Assembly: GCA_028534125.1 (NCBI GenBank)
Contig: CM052817.1
Coordinates: 103,542,001 to 103,606,000 of the forward strand
Origin: Lama glama
Taxonomy: Eukaryota
Length of the DNA: 64,000 nucleotides
Direction: 5' to 3'
Below the pieces are notes generated by a model. The model did not search any database. It was not told the DNA's origin and saw nothing but the letters and a program-made list of their open reading frames with translations. Positions 39,082-51,225 of the stretch are shown piece by piece. A program made the translations under genes and the position numbers. Positions within the stretch are counted from its first letter, which is position 1, and every line of letters starts with the position of its first letter.

Positions 39082-40139
39082 CTGCAGGGGAAAAAAACGG
39101 AAAATATGAGAAGCATTTACAAAAAATTAATGTTGTTTAATTTGGAGGATGTGAGGGAACATTCTCGATCCAAATTATACTGTGATTATTTGCTATTTGT
39201 TCAGATGTGACTGTGATAAAACAAATTCAGGTGATGCAAATGCATGACAGGTATCCCTAACAGTTCATGTTTCTGGTATACACAGTGATTCAGTTATATA
39301 TAGAGTCTTTTTCATATTCTTTTTCATTATAGGCTATTACAAGATATTGAATATAGTTCCCTGTGCAGAGGAGAAACATTTGAATAGCAATTGCTGGAAA
39401 CAGTAAGAAAGGATCAGATGTTTTTGGAGTTGTTAATTTGAAATTTTTTCTTACTTATGTAAAAGGGCAGACCAGGAGCCCTCATTTGAAATAATCTCAG
39501 TGATCAAACTTCTGATTAACTAAAAGGCAGAGACTGAATATTTAATCACTTATGCACCATCTTCTGTTCTAAATGGGGAAGTATATTATCAACTGAATAA
39601 TCTAACATATTTGGATATAAATATTGTCACCTTTCTATTTAAATTTGGTTGGCTTTTTCCTTAGAAAACTTTATATATAGATTATATATATCTATATATA
39701 CTCTTTTTTTAAACTTCCCAGTGCTTTGAAATCTTAGATATTTAGTTTTGAAGTAAAAGCACTTTAGAATAACTTTGTTTACTAAATTCCTGGTAGTTAA
39801 GAACAACACAATTGATGGAATCCTTGAAAAATATGTCAAGTGAATTAACATTATTTATCTTGACCAAACATAATAGTAAAAATGGCACCTTTTAAAGTGG
39901 CACATCTGACTATATATCTAGAAATAACAAATGTCTTTTTACTTACAAGGATAACATACCTATGCTAGCTTTGGGGTCAATTTTCTCTGAATTTAGAAAA
40001 ATAGTGGTAAAATATTTATCACCATTTTAAAATCCAGCTATTTTTAAAAACATGCAAATAACAGACCTACCAGGATAGACAACAAATTTCTGAAATCCTA
40101 CACACTTATCCTCAATTCCCCGAAGCACACCTCAGTGGT

Positions 40140-40340
40140 TTTTTAAAATTGAAGTATAGTCAGTTACGATGTGTCAATTTCCGTGTACAGCATAATGTTT
40201 CAGTCATACATATACGTATATACATGCGTTTTCATATCCTTTTTCATTATAGGCTACTACGAGATACTGAATGTAGTTTATTTTATATATAGTAGTTAGT
40301 ATCTGCAAATCTCGAACTCCCAATTGATCCCTTCCCACCC
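40140..40340 (-). mobile_element. Short LINE-1 3'UTR fragment in APELA intron 1 (another at about 39260-39370)
   Basis: aaattgaagtatagtcagttac...gtacagcataatgtttcagtcatacatata matches the L1 3' end at 45930-46200. Confidence 0.8.
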
Positions 40341-40439
40341 CAAGTGATTTTCAACACAAACACAGTCATGCTCGGAGGCCCCTGGGCACAAGCAGGCATA
40401 AAAAACAAGTTACTCGGTACAAAAGTGTCAAAGTCCTAC

Positions 40440-40515
40440 CTGATCTCTGTCCGTGGATAAGGAGAGGACTCATCATAAAAATTAAAAAAAGGAAAAAGAA
40501 TTGTTGAAGTCTCAT
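40440..40515 (-). CDS. APELA: APELA coding exon 1 (signal peptide and start of the mature hormone)
   Basis: ATG at 40515 in context gaaaaATGa (A at -3). 76 nt encode MRLQQFFFLFLIFMMSPLLIHGQRS plus G; donor CAG|GTAGGA. 76 + 89 nt = 165 nt = 54 aa + stop, the known length of the APELA precursor. Confidence 0.96.
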
Positions 40516-40925
40516 TTTTCTGCCACACTGCGCTGGAGCGACGGCGCGCGAGGTAAAGCGAGCGGTCCGAGCGGCCTGTGCGGTGTCCGCGGGGCTGTCC
40601 TCACATTCTGAGCCTCAGAGTCGGGCAGCCGCGTTCCCCAGAAAGGTTAATGATCACAGCAGACAAGGTTGCTGGTGCTCGGCCCGAGCCCCTCGGCCTC
40701 AGGCCCCTCCTCCACCCGCTCCTCCCGCCCTGGCCGCGCCCCTTTATTTCCATAAGCAAATATTGGTGAAATAAACCATTCAAGCGCCCCGTACTTTGGG
40801 AGGAACTGTCCCGGCAAGCTCCGGGGAGAGGCCCGACCTGGGCCTGGGGAGTGTGCAGCGCAAAGCCTGGCCTGGCCTCCTCCCTCACCATTTACATCTG
40901 TTTACACTTTGCATTGTCCACCCAG
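40516..40925 (-). promoter_or_regulatory. APELA: APELA 5'UTR and CpG-rich proximal promoter
   Basis: Local CpG enrichment directly upstream of the ATG; GC box near 40724; AT-rich TATA-like element at 40742-40750; forkhead-like motifs at 40753-40762 and 40899-40906. TSS not determinable from sequence. Confidence 0.65.
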
Positions 40926-43029
40926 GTCCCACATGCAGAAACACAGAGGAATGACAGGAAGTCTCCCATCCCTTTCGGAAGGAATTCTGAAGCTCTCACT
41001 TAGCCCGCCAGATGCTTTGCGGCAGAACATGTGCTGAAATGCTTTCTCTTTTCCAAACCTACTGCAAAGTGGGGCCCCCTGCCCCAAATCTCTAAATTGC
41101 TTAATCTGTGTGGCCTGGCATCCATAAACATTCCTGGGATTTAGAATGCTCTGAAATAAATCTGAGAAATGTTTATATTTTTCTTTTGTAAAGTTCAGTT
41201 CCTAAAGCAGTGGAGATCATTTTCATTTTCATCTGTGGTACATCCAGGATTTTAAAAAAAGTAAGTTCAGGCAAGGCACAAACTCATCAAAGCTGTGTTC
41301 TGTTAAATGATTTACACATGGGTGGCAGATACAGCTCAGACACAGAAATTAGGAACGAGCTCAGAAGACAAAAGCAGTCTCGTGTCATCTTCTGCACACA
41401 TGCTCCAAGATGCCTTGTTGTTTGAAGTGCGTCCTTGCCTGTTACACGTAGCTGATACCAATGAAAATGTCTGTACTTACTGTAAACTGAAATGCTAGTG
41501 TAGATACACTCAAATACAGGTAGATCCAAAATAGCAAATCCAGAGCATATGCAACTTGTGAATTGCCAGGAAGATTGTTGCATTTCCTGTCTCTCAGTTC
41601 AGGGAGTTGGTACACAACCTTGGGCTTCCTGAGTTTTGAAATGAATGAGTAATTTTCTTGATCTTAGATATCAGTGTGTAAGAAGCCCTGCCTGCATCCT
41701 TATGCGTGCACTTTGTAATGGGCAAGAGCACACAGAAACTCTTAAAATCACCTTCTTTAAATCCTGAGATTATTTGTCTGGGGGCTGGAAGTGTGGTGTT
41801 AAAGGGCACCATGTTGCCTCGCTGCATTTGTACATCACACGGTAAAATCAACGGAACACAAGTGTGGACTCGATATAAAAGTGCCTCGTGAATAGCAAAG
41901 GAATTGTTCGGATTTCCCTCCCCAGCAAACTTCTCTGTACACACTGGCAAACTGTGAGCTGACAAAGTGGAGTGCTGAATCGAGCAAACCATCAGGAAAC
42001 CAATATAGATTTTGCCAGTGTAACTTCAGGCCAAGCCTTAATACTATTCAAACGTATAATAGTGAGCTTTCTTTGTGGATAAGACAGTGATCACTACAAA
42101 CTGCATATACTGACTACAATTTTATATTCCATTACCATATCATCGACGATGAACTCCTACCTAGAATATGGCTAATATAAGCGGAAGATATCTCCACTGG
42201 TCAGGATACAGCAAAGTGCTGTATTTAAGTCATTTAATCCATTTGAACATCAGTTTTCTTATTTTAAAAAGCTGAAATAAAATATATTAGCAAGATAATA
42301 TATTATATTTATGGAAGTTAAGACATTATTTATTTATATAATTTACCATTATTCTTTCCAAAAATAACTCAAGGAAGAAATTGATGAGGTTGGTGATGGA
42401 GAAGCAGCAGTTGTTTTTTGAAGAACAGTAAGACAGTGTATAAAGGCGATGGGCAAGCTGAAATGCTAGACACCGAAGGGCAACGACATGTGACCCGGCA
42501 TTTCTATGGGACGTGGGTCACCAGCGGTGGTCAATCATTCCTGTTTGTACTGAACAAGCAGGCCTGGGGAAGACTGGTAGCAGAGTGCTAAGTCATAAAG
42601 ACGCACATGTCTCTGCACACAGCGCCAGGCTCAGCCGGATGAAATTGCGTCGTCTGGTTCACGTGAGCAGAAACCCCCACTCCCAGCCCACCTGCGACAC
42701 AGGTTGGCTTCCTTGGAGTGAGCCACGCACCGTCCCTCTGGGCCAGTACCACGCTAAGTGCACTGCGCACGTCCCTTCACTCAGTCCTCCCCAGACACTC
42801 GGAACTTTCTGCTCCCTGTTTATCAGATGAGAAAGCTAACAACTGGAGAGGGTGTAGCCTCCAAGGCTACACAGCCGGGAGGAGGAATAGATGGAGTTCA
42901 AACTCCCTGACCTGGGCCCACGACCATTTCATTGTCCTCCCCTCTGAGGCCCCACCAAATCCTAGTTCTTATAATAATAGCCCATTGCAGTGAGTCTAGA
43001 AACAAGGATACATTAGGAATACACATCTT

Positions 43030-43447
43030 ATGTTGGGTTGAAGAGCGTTCCCCCCAAATTCAGGTCAACCTGGAACCTCATGTTGTTTGGAAATGAGGTC
43101 TTTGCAGATGTCATTCGTGAAGATGAGGTCATACTGGAGCAGAGTAGGTCCTAAAGCCAATATGACTGGCATCCTTAAGAAAAAAGGACAGACACGAGGG
43201 CACACGGGGACAAACAGGGAGAGAGCCACGTGACAACAGAGGCAGAGACTGGAGTTTGCCAGCAACCACCAGAAGTTAAGACAGAGGCATGGAACAGATT
43301 CTCTCTCTGAGCCTCCAAGAAGAAACCAACCCTGCCAACGCTGATTTTGGACTTTGGCTGCTGACATGGTAAGAGAATACATTTCTGTTGTTTTAAACCA
43401 CTCGTTTGTGGTACTTTATTACAGCAGCTTTAGGAAACCAATATACT
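43030..43447 (+). mobile_element. MaLR MLT1 LTR
   Basis: tttggaaatgaggtctttgcagatgt...atgaggtcatactgg...atttctgttgttttaaaccac...ttacagcagctttaggaaaccaata. Confidence 0.85.
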
Positions 43448-43967
43448 ACTATATATTCACATGTTCTCCAAGTAGACATATTCTCTATATAATTCTATAA
43501 AAACATACTCATTTTTATGGTGGCATGCTGTGTATGTCGGGTATTTAACAAAATTTGTCATATTTAGACATGATAATATCATGTAAGTTTCATCTCCATT
43601 TTACAGATGAGAGAACAAGCTCAGGGAAGTAAGTGACTTGCCCCCAAATTAAAACAAAACAAAAACAGCTAATGGCAAGGCCAAGATGAGGCCAGTGTCC
43701 ACCCAGCCCAGAGCCTCTTCCTCCTGTGACTTTGATCCTGAGAGGTCCTGCCCCACCTCGCTTGTCGTCTTCCTCACCTGCATCTCACTCTTCGTTCCAG
43801 CCTCGGGCTTTGCTCCTGCGCCCCTTTCAAGCCCTTCAGCCAGACATCTGAAGCAGAGTCTGCCTGGGTGTCTCACACCCTCCCCGCTTCTCCTAGATAT
43901 CGGGCTCACACTTTTCACTGGATGCTGAAACCAGTGTGTCTCACGTAAAGTTATTAAACTTTCAGGC

Positions 43968-44082
43968 AGGAGAGGGAGGTAATTAAGTTTATCTATTTAG
44001 TTTTTGATAGAAGTACTGGGGATTGAACCCAGGACCTCACACGTGCTAAGGACACACTCTGCCACTGATCTATACCTTCCCT
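43968..44082 (-). mobile_element. Vic-1-type SINE
   Basis: gtactggggattgaacccaggacctcacacgtgctaag...ctataccttccc. Confidence 0.85.
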
Positions 44083-44958
44083 TCTTCAAACAGACCTTTT
44101 TGGTGAACACTACAAACAATCCAGATCAGGCTAACTTCTGCTCACATTTTCTCTTTGCTTATTTTTGCTTATGTTGTGCGTGTCTTTTCTTTGAAAAGAC
44201 CTCCTCTGTTTGTCCCAGTTTTACCTATTTGAAGTCCTAATGGTTCAGGATTTAATCCAGTCTAAGATCGGTTCAACAAATATTTCACTAATTCACTTAC
44301 GTCCAGTTCCAGTCTCTGATTTTAGAGACTACGGATAAAATGAGGAATCAGATGTAGTCCCTACTCTTAAATTTAATGTTTACTCATTAAATTTTATCTA
44401 ATCTAATTTGATTTTCTTATACATTTGATAGATTTCTCTATAAGCGTTTCTTGATTCCTGCCAACTGAAAATGATTTCAGTTCTGTTCTGGGAATCTGGA
44501 AAATATCCTCTGTTATCATAGCCTTTTCACCACCGTAGTACTTAGTGCCTCCCTTGTGGCCCATCACTCTTTCATCCTGATCTGACAGTTTCCCGAGGAC
44601 GTATGGACTCCTGCAGAAATAAAAACTCCTTGAGTGGACAGCCTTGCCCTTTCTCCTTTTGATGTCTTCTCTGGAGCCTAGAAATACTGAATTCGTACTG
44701 ATTGGATGGAAATTATGAGATACTAAAAAATGAATGCGTGAGAACTTAAAACCAATATGGCTCCAGAAGTGAATAAAGGAATATATGAAAAATATTTACC
44801 TAGAAAAGTGAAAAAGCAAAAAAAAAAAAAAAAGACAAGTTCAAGAATTGATTACAGCAAATACTAGGATAGCAGTTTTTGGAACTTGACCTAACTAAGG
44901 ATAGAAACTGAGTTACCTTTCAAGTCTGAAAAGTTGTGTTCTGTAACTATGCTCATAA

Positions 44959-45460
44959 TGTAACAGAGAAGAACAAATCTGTTCCCCTGCTTTAATCCTG
45001 TGCTGTTTCCTGGGCTTAGTCACACTGGTTCTGCACCTTTTTAATTACAAAGAATGTTGCCTACAGCCTGAAATATACAGGAGAGCCCATTCTCAAGGCT
45101 CTGACCTTTAAGGGTGTAAAGCTTTCCCATCCATATAGAGAGAAAAGTTGCAGAACAGAGAATAACAATTGCCTTGTTGGAGGTTTACAGGGACACCATG
45201 ACCTAACCGATGTGGACAGCTGCAAGAACAAAGGATCCAGACACCAAGAAGTTTGCAACAACCAACCACACCACCTCCTCTTTCAGTATTAAAGGAGCCC
45301 AAATTCTGACTTGGGGAAGAGGGTTCTCCAGGATATTAGTCCCCCATCTTCTCTGTCTGCGGGCTTTCTGAATAAAGTAGTTTTTCCTTGTCCCAACACC
45401 TCATCTCCCGATTTATTGGCCTGTCATATGGTGAGCAGAACGAGTTTGGACTCAGTTACA
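44959..45460 (+). mobile_element. Solo ERV1-type LTR, family A, with perfect 4-bp TSD
   Basis: tgtaac...gttaca inverted termini; ATAA at 44955-44958 and 45461-45464; AATAAA at 45371-45376. Confidence 0.9.
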
Positions 45461-45929
45461 ATAACCTGTGATTTACTTACCTCTATAAAATGTAAATTTC
45501 GTGTGGGTAGGACATTTTGCCTGTTTTCTTCATTGCTGTATCTTTGTTACCTAACTTATTGTTGAATAAATTTCCACTCTAAGCATCCTAGTAAAGTTGA
45601 TCTTAACATTATCAGGATCTGCTCTTGATTCCTGGTTAGACACCTGTCTCTCTTTATGGTGGGAGTAATCCTTGCCCATAGATGGAAACATTCAAAAGTG
45701 GAGACAGACCTTGGCTTACTTGAGAGTCTTTCTTTCCCAGAGTGTTTTCTTTTTGATTCTCAATTGCATGGATGATGTCGACTTCCCCTTCCAACACCTT
45801 GCTCTAACTTCAATTATCTACTGGGGGCCTCGTTTCCTTTTGGCTGCCCATTCTTCCACTTCGCTGCTGTCTGATTGTCTGGATTTCACACCAGTACATG
45901 ACTTCTGGTTTTGATATACGTTTTTCTTT

Positions 45930-46820
45930 ATTTCTTTTTTTTAAATTGAAGTACAGTAAGTTTATGTGTCAATTTCTGGTGTACAGCATAATGTTTCAGT
46001 CATACATATACATACATATATTCCTTTTCATATTCTTTTTCTTTATACTACAAGATATTGAATATAGTTCCCTGTGCTATACAGAAGGAACTTGTTATTT
46101 ATTGTATATATACTAGTTAATATTTGCAAATCTTGAACTCCCAATTTATCCCTTCCCACCCTCTTTCCCAGGTAACCATAAGAGTGTTTGTTATGTCTGC
46201 AAGTCTGTTTCTGTTTTGTAGATAAGTTCATTAGTGTCTTCTTTTTATTTTTTTTAGATTCTTCATATGAGTGATATCATATGGTGTTTTTCTTTTTTTT
46301 TTTCTGGCTTACTTCACTTAGAATGATGATCTTCAGATCCATCCATGTTGTTGCAAATGGCATTATTTTATTCTTTTTTATGGCTGAATAGTATTCCATT
46401 GTATAAATATACCACATCTTCTTTATCCAGTCATCTGTCAATGGATATTTAGGTTGCTTCCATGTCTTGGCTATTGTAAGTAGTGCTGCTATGAACATTG
46501 AGATGCATATATCTTTTTGAATTAAGGTTCCCTCCAGATATATGCCCAGGAGTGGGATTGCTGGATCATATGGTAAGTCTATTTTTAGTTTTTTGAGAAA
46601 TCTCCATACTGTTTTCCATAACGGCTGCACCAAACTACATTCCTACCAACAGTGTAGGAGGGTTCCCTTTTCTCCACACCCTCTCCAGCTTTTATTGTTT
46701 GTGGACTTTTGAATGATGGCCATTCTGACTGCTATGACGGGATATCTCATTGTAGTTTTGATTTGCATTTCTTTGATAATTACTGATATTGAGCACTTTT
46801 TCACGTGCCTATTGGCCACT
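45930..46820 (-). mobile_element. Relatively young 5'-truncated LINE-1
   Basis: ORFs 46277-46633 and 46643-46882 are recognisable L1 ORF2 C-terminal sequence ([31 protein letters not shown]). Confidence 0.95.
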
Positions 46821-49082
46821 TGGATATACACTTGTCTTTTGCTCCTTGGTTTCATTTTGACCACTTCTGAGTCTAAACCCATTCCCTGCTTTTTAGTTTT
46901 TATTCCCTATATTAGTTCTTCTAGTCCTCCCTTAATTGTCTGCTGCTATTCCTAAATTAACACGGAAGAAGAAACCAACAGCAGAAGTTATAGAAAACAA
47001 ATGTTGTAAAATGATTATAAATCAATAAAAAAAAGTTTTAAAAAAAAGAAGTTATAGAAAACAGTCATAGTAAATTTTAAAAAAATATTGTTTTTGAAAA
47101 CGTGTGTGACTAAAATTGGCATTCTCTATGCTTAGAGGAAATGGTGAATTAGACATGGTTAGAGATATCAAATGTATAAAATTAGGCTATCGAGCATGCT
47201 AAGACATTTATTCAGTATGATGCTCACTCAAAAATTTTCCCAGGATCTTCCTGGGCACATGTGCTAGTTAAAAAAACATTACTGATCATAAATGCTGCAT
47301 CAAGCTAACATCTGAGCCAAAAGATATATTTTCACAAGAAACCATAACTCCAAAAAAGGCATGCACTTTTGACAGGATGGATATCTTTCTATTCTTCATA
47401 TGCCTGGCAAATCTGAAAAAAAAAAAAAGGACTACTACATAGATATGGATGTAGCAGACTCTCAATTATATCAGGTACAAAAATAATAGAGACAACAACA
47501 TATGTGTTGCATTCATATGTGCCAACATTCAAACACCCCCTGCATTGTGGTGATTCTTACCCAGGCTGCTGGGTTAAAGTGATGGACCAAATGGCATCAA
47601 GAAAACTTTTGTTCTTGTGAGACATTGAAAAGGGATATTGGTGAGATTTACATAGTTTTCTAATGAAGAATAAATGAGGTAAAAAATCGTTTGATTGACA
47701 TAGGAGCAATCCCACTTCATAATGTTTCTCTCTTTAAAAATAAAAATAAAAAAAAGAAAGAAATGAGACACTTTGGGTTTATCTTCTCTACTCTGACTTT
47801 TAACCCTGGTTATAGGCTTATTTTTTTCTTTATCAAAAACAGTCTTAAGAATTTTCATAATAAATCCAAATGACTTCTAGACAACAATTATTGTTTACTA
47901 GGTGAATTATATGTGATGTAGAGCTGCTAATAAGCCTGGCGTGGAAGTTCTTTAAAGGTGTATTTAAGACTTTGAGAGTCATGGAGTTCTGAATCTTTTC
48001 TGAACCACAGAGCTTGAGGGGGCTAGAGTTTAACACTAAGCTGATAGAACAGAAACTTGATCACTGAATCTTGGCTTGTGATGATTTTGTTCATCACCTA
48101 AAGTGAAGGTCATTTGGTGTAATGGAAATAGCATGACCTTAGGAGTCAGGCAACTTGAATTTTTAGTCCTGCCTGGCTCCTGTCACCAAGTCATATGGCT
48201 TTGGTCAGGTTAATTTATCAAATCCCTCATTTAAAATATGAGGTATTTAGTCTTTAAGTTTACAGATTCTTAGGTTCTCTGAAACCCTAACTTTTGGCTC
48301 TACTTCAGTTTCCTTTGGCTGAAAATTTAAGAAGTTTCACTAATTCATTTAATAAACATGAAATGAACAGTTGATGTATGCAGAGATTTTGTTGCATTTT
48401 ATGAGAAAGAAAAAGATAAGCCCAAAGCATCCTTGTCTCAAATAGACCCCTTGTGTGGTAGCTTGCCAATTGATGTGTGGTTGACAAAGTACAGAAAACT
48501 TTGTTGATCAATTTCCAAGCATTTCATCCTTTCAATCCTGACCTTCACTCCCTAGTAACATCCTGCAAAATATCACTTCTCTTTCCCAGACAATCCAGTC
48601 CAATTAATGTTATCCCAAGGTATTTGGACGAGTTGTCTAGCATTGCTGCACTTTGCCTGACTTTCTTCCTGATAATTAGTCAAGAACAGTGTTCAGCTTC
48701 CTCTTTTCTACAGTGAGTGCCCACATGAACTGCTTGACAAGAATGTTGGAAAGAGTTCCCTGTTGCCTTCTGACTGGGCTGAAAGGGATATTTTATTATT
48801 ATTTATTATCATGGTGCTACCTCTGCATTCCCCAAACTTGGCATCCAGACTAGAAATGTTTGTGATCAATTACTCAATTACTGTGACTCCTTTAGATTTG
48901 TTGAGCCCACATCACACACAACAATATTGAAACCAGTTTATGTGCTACTGAGGTCCAATAAAAGTCCTTGAAATATAAACATACGTTATATATATGGAAT
49001 GTTAGAAATGAAATCTGGTGTCTTCTCTTATACAAATGAGAAAACTGGCATTTATGTGGGCTCTACTGAGCAATGATCTGTT

Positions 49083-49176
49083 GGGGAGGGTACAGCTCAG
49101 TGGTAGAGTGCACGCTTAGCATGCACGAGATCCTAGGTTCAATCCCCAGTACCCTCGTTTATAAAAATAAAATAAT
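49083..49176 (+). mobile_element. Vic-1-type SINE
   Basis: ggggagggtacagctcagtggtagagtgcacgcttagcatgcacgagatcctaggttcaatccccagtacc with A and B boxes and an A-rich tail. Confidence 0.9.
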
Positions 49177-50122
49177 AGATGGCTTGCCAAAAGCCAAAGC
49201 AAGTTAACGATAGAACAAACGTGCACCATAATGGATCTTGTTAGAAGCAAGTTTAATGCGAAAGAATCTCTCTATCACCTACTATATGATAAGCATTATT
49301 GTAGACCTTTACTTGAATTAACTAGTTTAATCCTCACAACAACCCTCTTATGTCTGTTTTAGAAATTAGGCAATTTATATAGAGAAATGAGATAGTTTCC
49401 CAAGGTTACGTAGCTAGTAAACAGCAGACCTAGGGTCTGACCCCAGAGTTCCTCTTCCGAGCTGCTTGCTACCTCTCCACAGCTGCAGGAATAAAACCAT
49501 CCTTTTCATATGTTAAACTTTGTGGAGCCCTCCTTAATATTTAATGAAAATGATTTTGTATTTTTAATAAAACTTTATTTGAATTTAAATTTTATTCGTG
49601 CTTTTGTCTTCAAATGAACATACAGATTTCTGACTGAGGAACTTCCAGTCAAACGCTATTTTTCAGAAATATAATGGCGATAAGAGTTATAGAATATGTA
49701 CGCACGTATGCATGTACTTAGAGACACTGAATTATTTAGGTTCGGCTACTACTTTCTTGAGAACAGCTTTAAGACAGCCACTTACTCTGTAACACAAGCA
49801 CAGGACTCTGTAGAAGACATGATGCTTATTTGCCAAGAAATAAACTAGATGGAGAGTTGTAGGTGTGTCTTTCAACTTCCACCCCTTTTCTTACTCAAAG
49901 CAGAGCTCCATGTTGAAGTTAATTTCTTTTTAAGCATCTATAAGTCAGCACATATGGATCCAATTACTTAATTGTCTGCAGCGTTGTAAGGGCAGTGACT
50001 TCCACTGATTTCAGCCAGCCTGTCAGATTTCCACCGCACACTGAAGGATGGCTCCTCTAACTGACCCTTTGTCCTTTTTGGAGGAAGCCAATCAGTGCAG
50101 ATGCTGTTGGGTGAGCGGTACC

Positions 50123-50124
<2 letters not shown>

Positions 50125-50161
<37 letters not shown>
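50125..50161. repeat. (GT)18 microsatellite
   Basis: Perfect dinucleotide run. Confidence 0.98.
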
Positions 50162-50163
<2 letters not shown>

Positions 50164-51085
50164 GGAAAAACGTTTATGGTGATCTAGTCATTTGAAAAGG
50201 TAAAGAATAAAGTGTCAAGTAAAAGGGGAAAATGAGAAGAAAGAAGTGGAGGGAGCAAGACAAAAGGAAAGAGAGCTTACATGTTCAGAAATTTCAATGG
50301 AGTCTTTGTTTACTTTTAGGAAAATCAGTTTTACAGATTTAATTACCACACAACATGATTATTCTTGGTAAAATGGAACCCTAAAGCCACACCAAGTTAA
50401 ACTAGAATTGAAGGAAGTTGGAGAGCTGGAATCATAGTCTCACAGAAAAAAAAATTTGGAAATACTTTGCTAGGCATCTAATCAGACCTCAGCATGAGAG
50501 GTAAAGAGGCTCATTAACATAGCAATGTTTCCTCCTGATTATGGCAGAGGACAATACAGTGCCATTTTCCATAAAAATCTCACCTTAAAAATAAAATTGA
50601 CAGAAGTGAGCAACCTCCTCACGTCCAGTTTTCTGCTGAATCTCTGCTTTGTTTCTCTGTTTTTCATCTCCTTCTTTTAAAAATATCTAATGCAAGAGTA
50701 CTGATGTCAGCAAAATAGAGTGGAAGGAAATTCTCGAGGCAGAATCACTAAGAAGCTGGCGTGCTTCTCTACCATTTTGGAGACCATATCCCTCTACTTT
50801 TAATGAATTTTCTGTACTACCTACAAGTAAGGAATGAAGCACAGATAATTGGCAGGTGGAACACACTTAAACCATCCCTCAAATTGTCATGAAGGTCTGG
50901 GTTAGCAAGATTCTCTTGTCTCATAGACAGGGGTTCATTAATGACAGGGGTTACATTTTTTATTCCCACACCAATGGCCTTTTCCTTCCCTCACCTGGGA
51001 GAAAGAGTTGATCAAGTACTAGCCAGTCTCTCCTGAACACAAACCAAGCATAACATAGCATAAATATAGCATTACTAAGCAGTGC

Positions 51086-51225
51086 TGTTACCAAGTCCAA
51101 ACTCCTTCTGCTTGCCACATGAGAAGCCCGTAAATTGGGAGACGATGTAATGGGACAAGGAATAATGACTTTATTCAGAAAGCCAGAAGGTCTAGAAGAT
51201 GGTGGACTAGTGTCCCAAAGAGCCT
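51086..51225 (-). mobile_element. Family-A LTR 3' fragment
   Basis: tgttaccaagtccaaactc...gggacaaggaata..gactttattcagaaagc matches 16030-16170. Confidence 0.75.

Noticed and set aside
46277..46882. ORFs with strong protein-like composition (also 26279-26584 and 11159-11356)
   Set aside because: LINE-1 ORF2 remnants, 5'-truncated and non-autonomous.
49083..49155. tRNA-Ala-like sequence with A and B boxes
   Set aside because: It is the head of a Vic-1-type SINE: many degenerate copies in the window, A-rich tails and TSDs.
50170..50280. Purine-rich stretch considered as an exon of the neighbouring small-protein gene SMIM31
   Set aside because: I could not find matching SMIM31 coding exons on either strand; the gene is probably outside the window.
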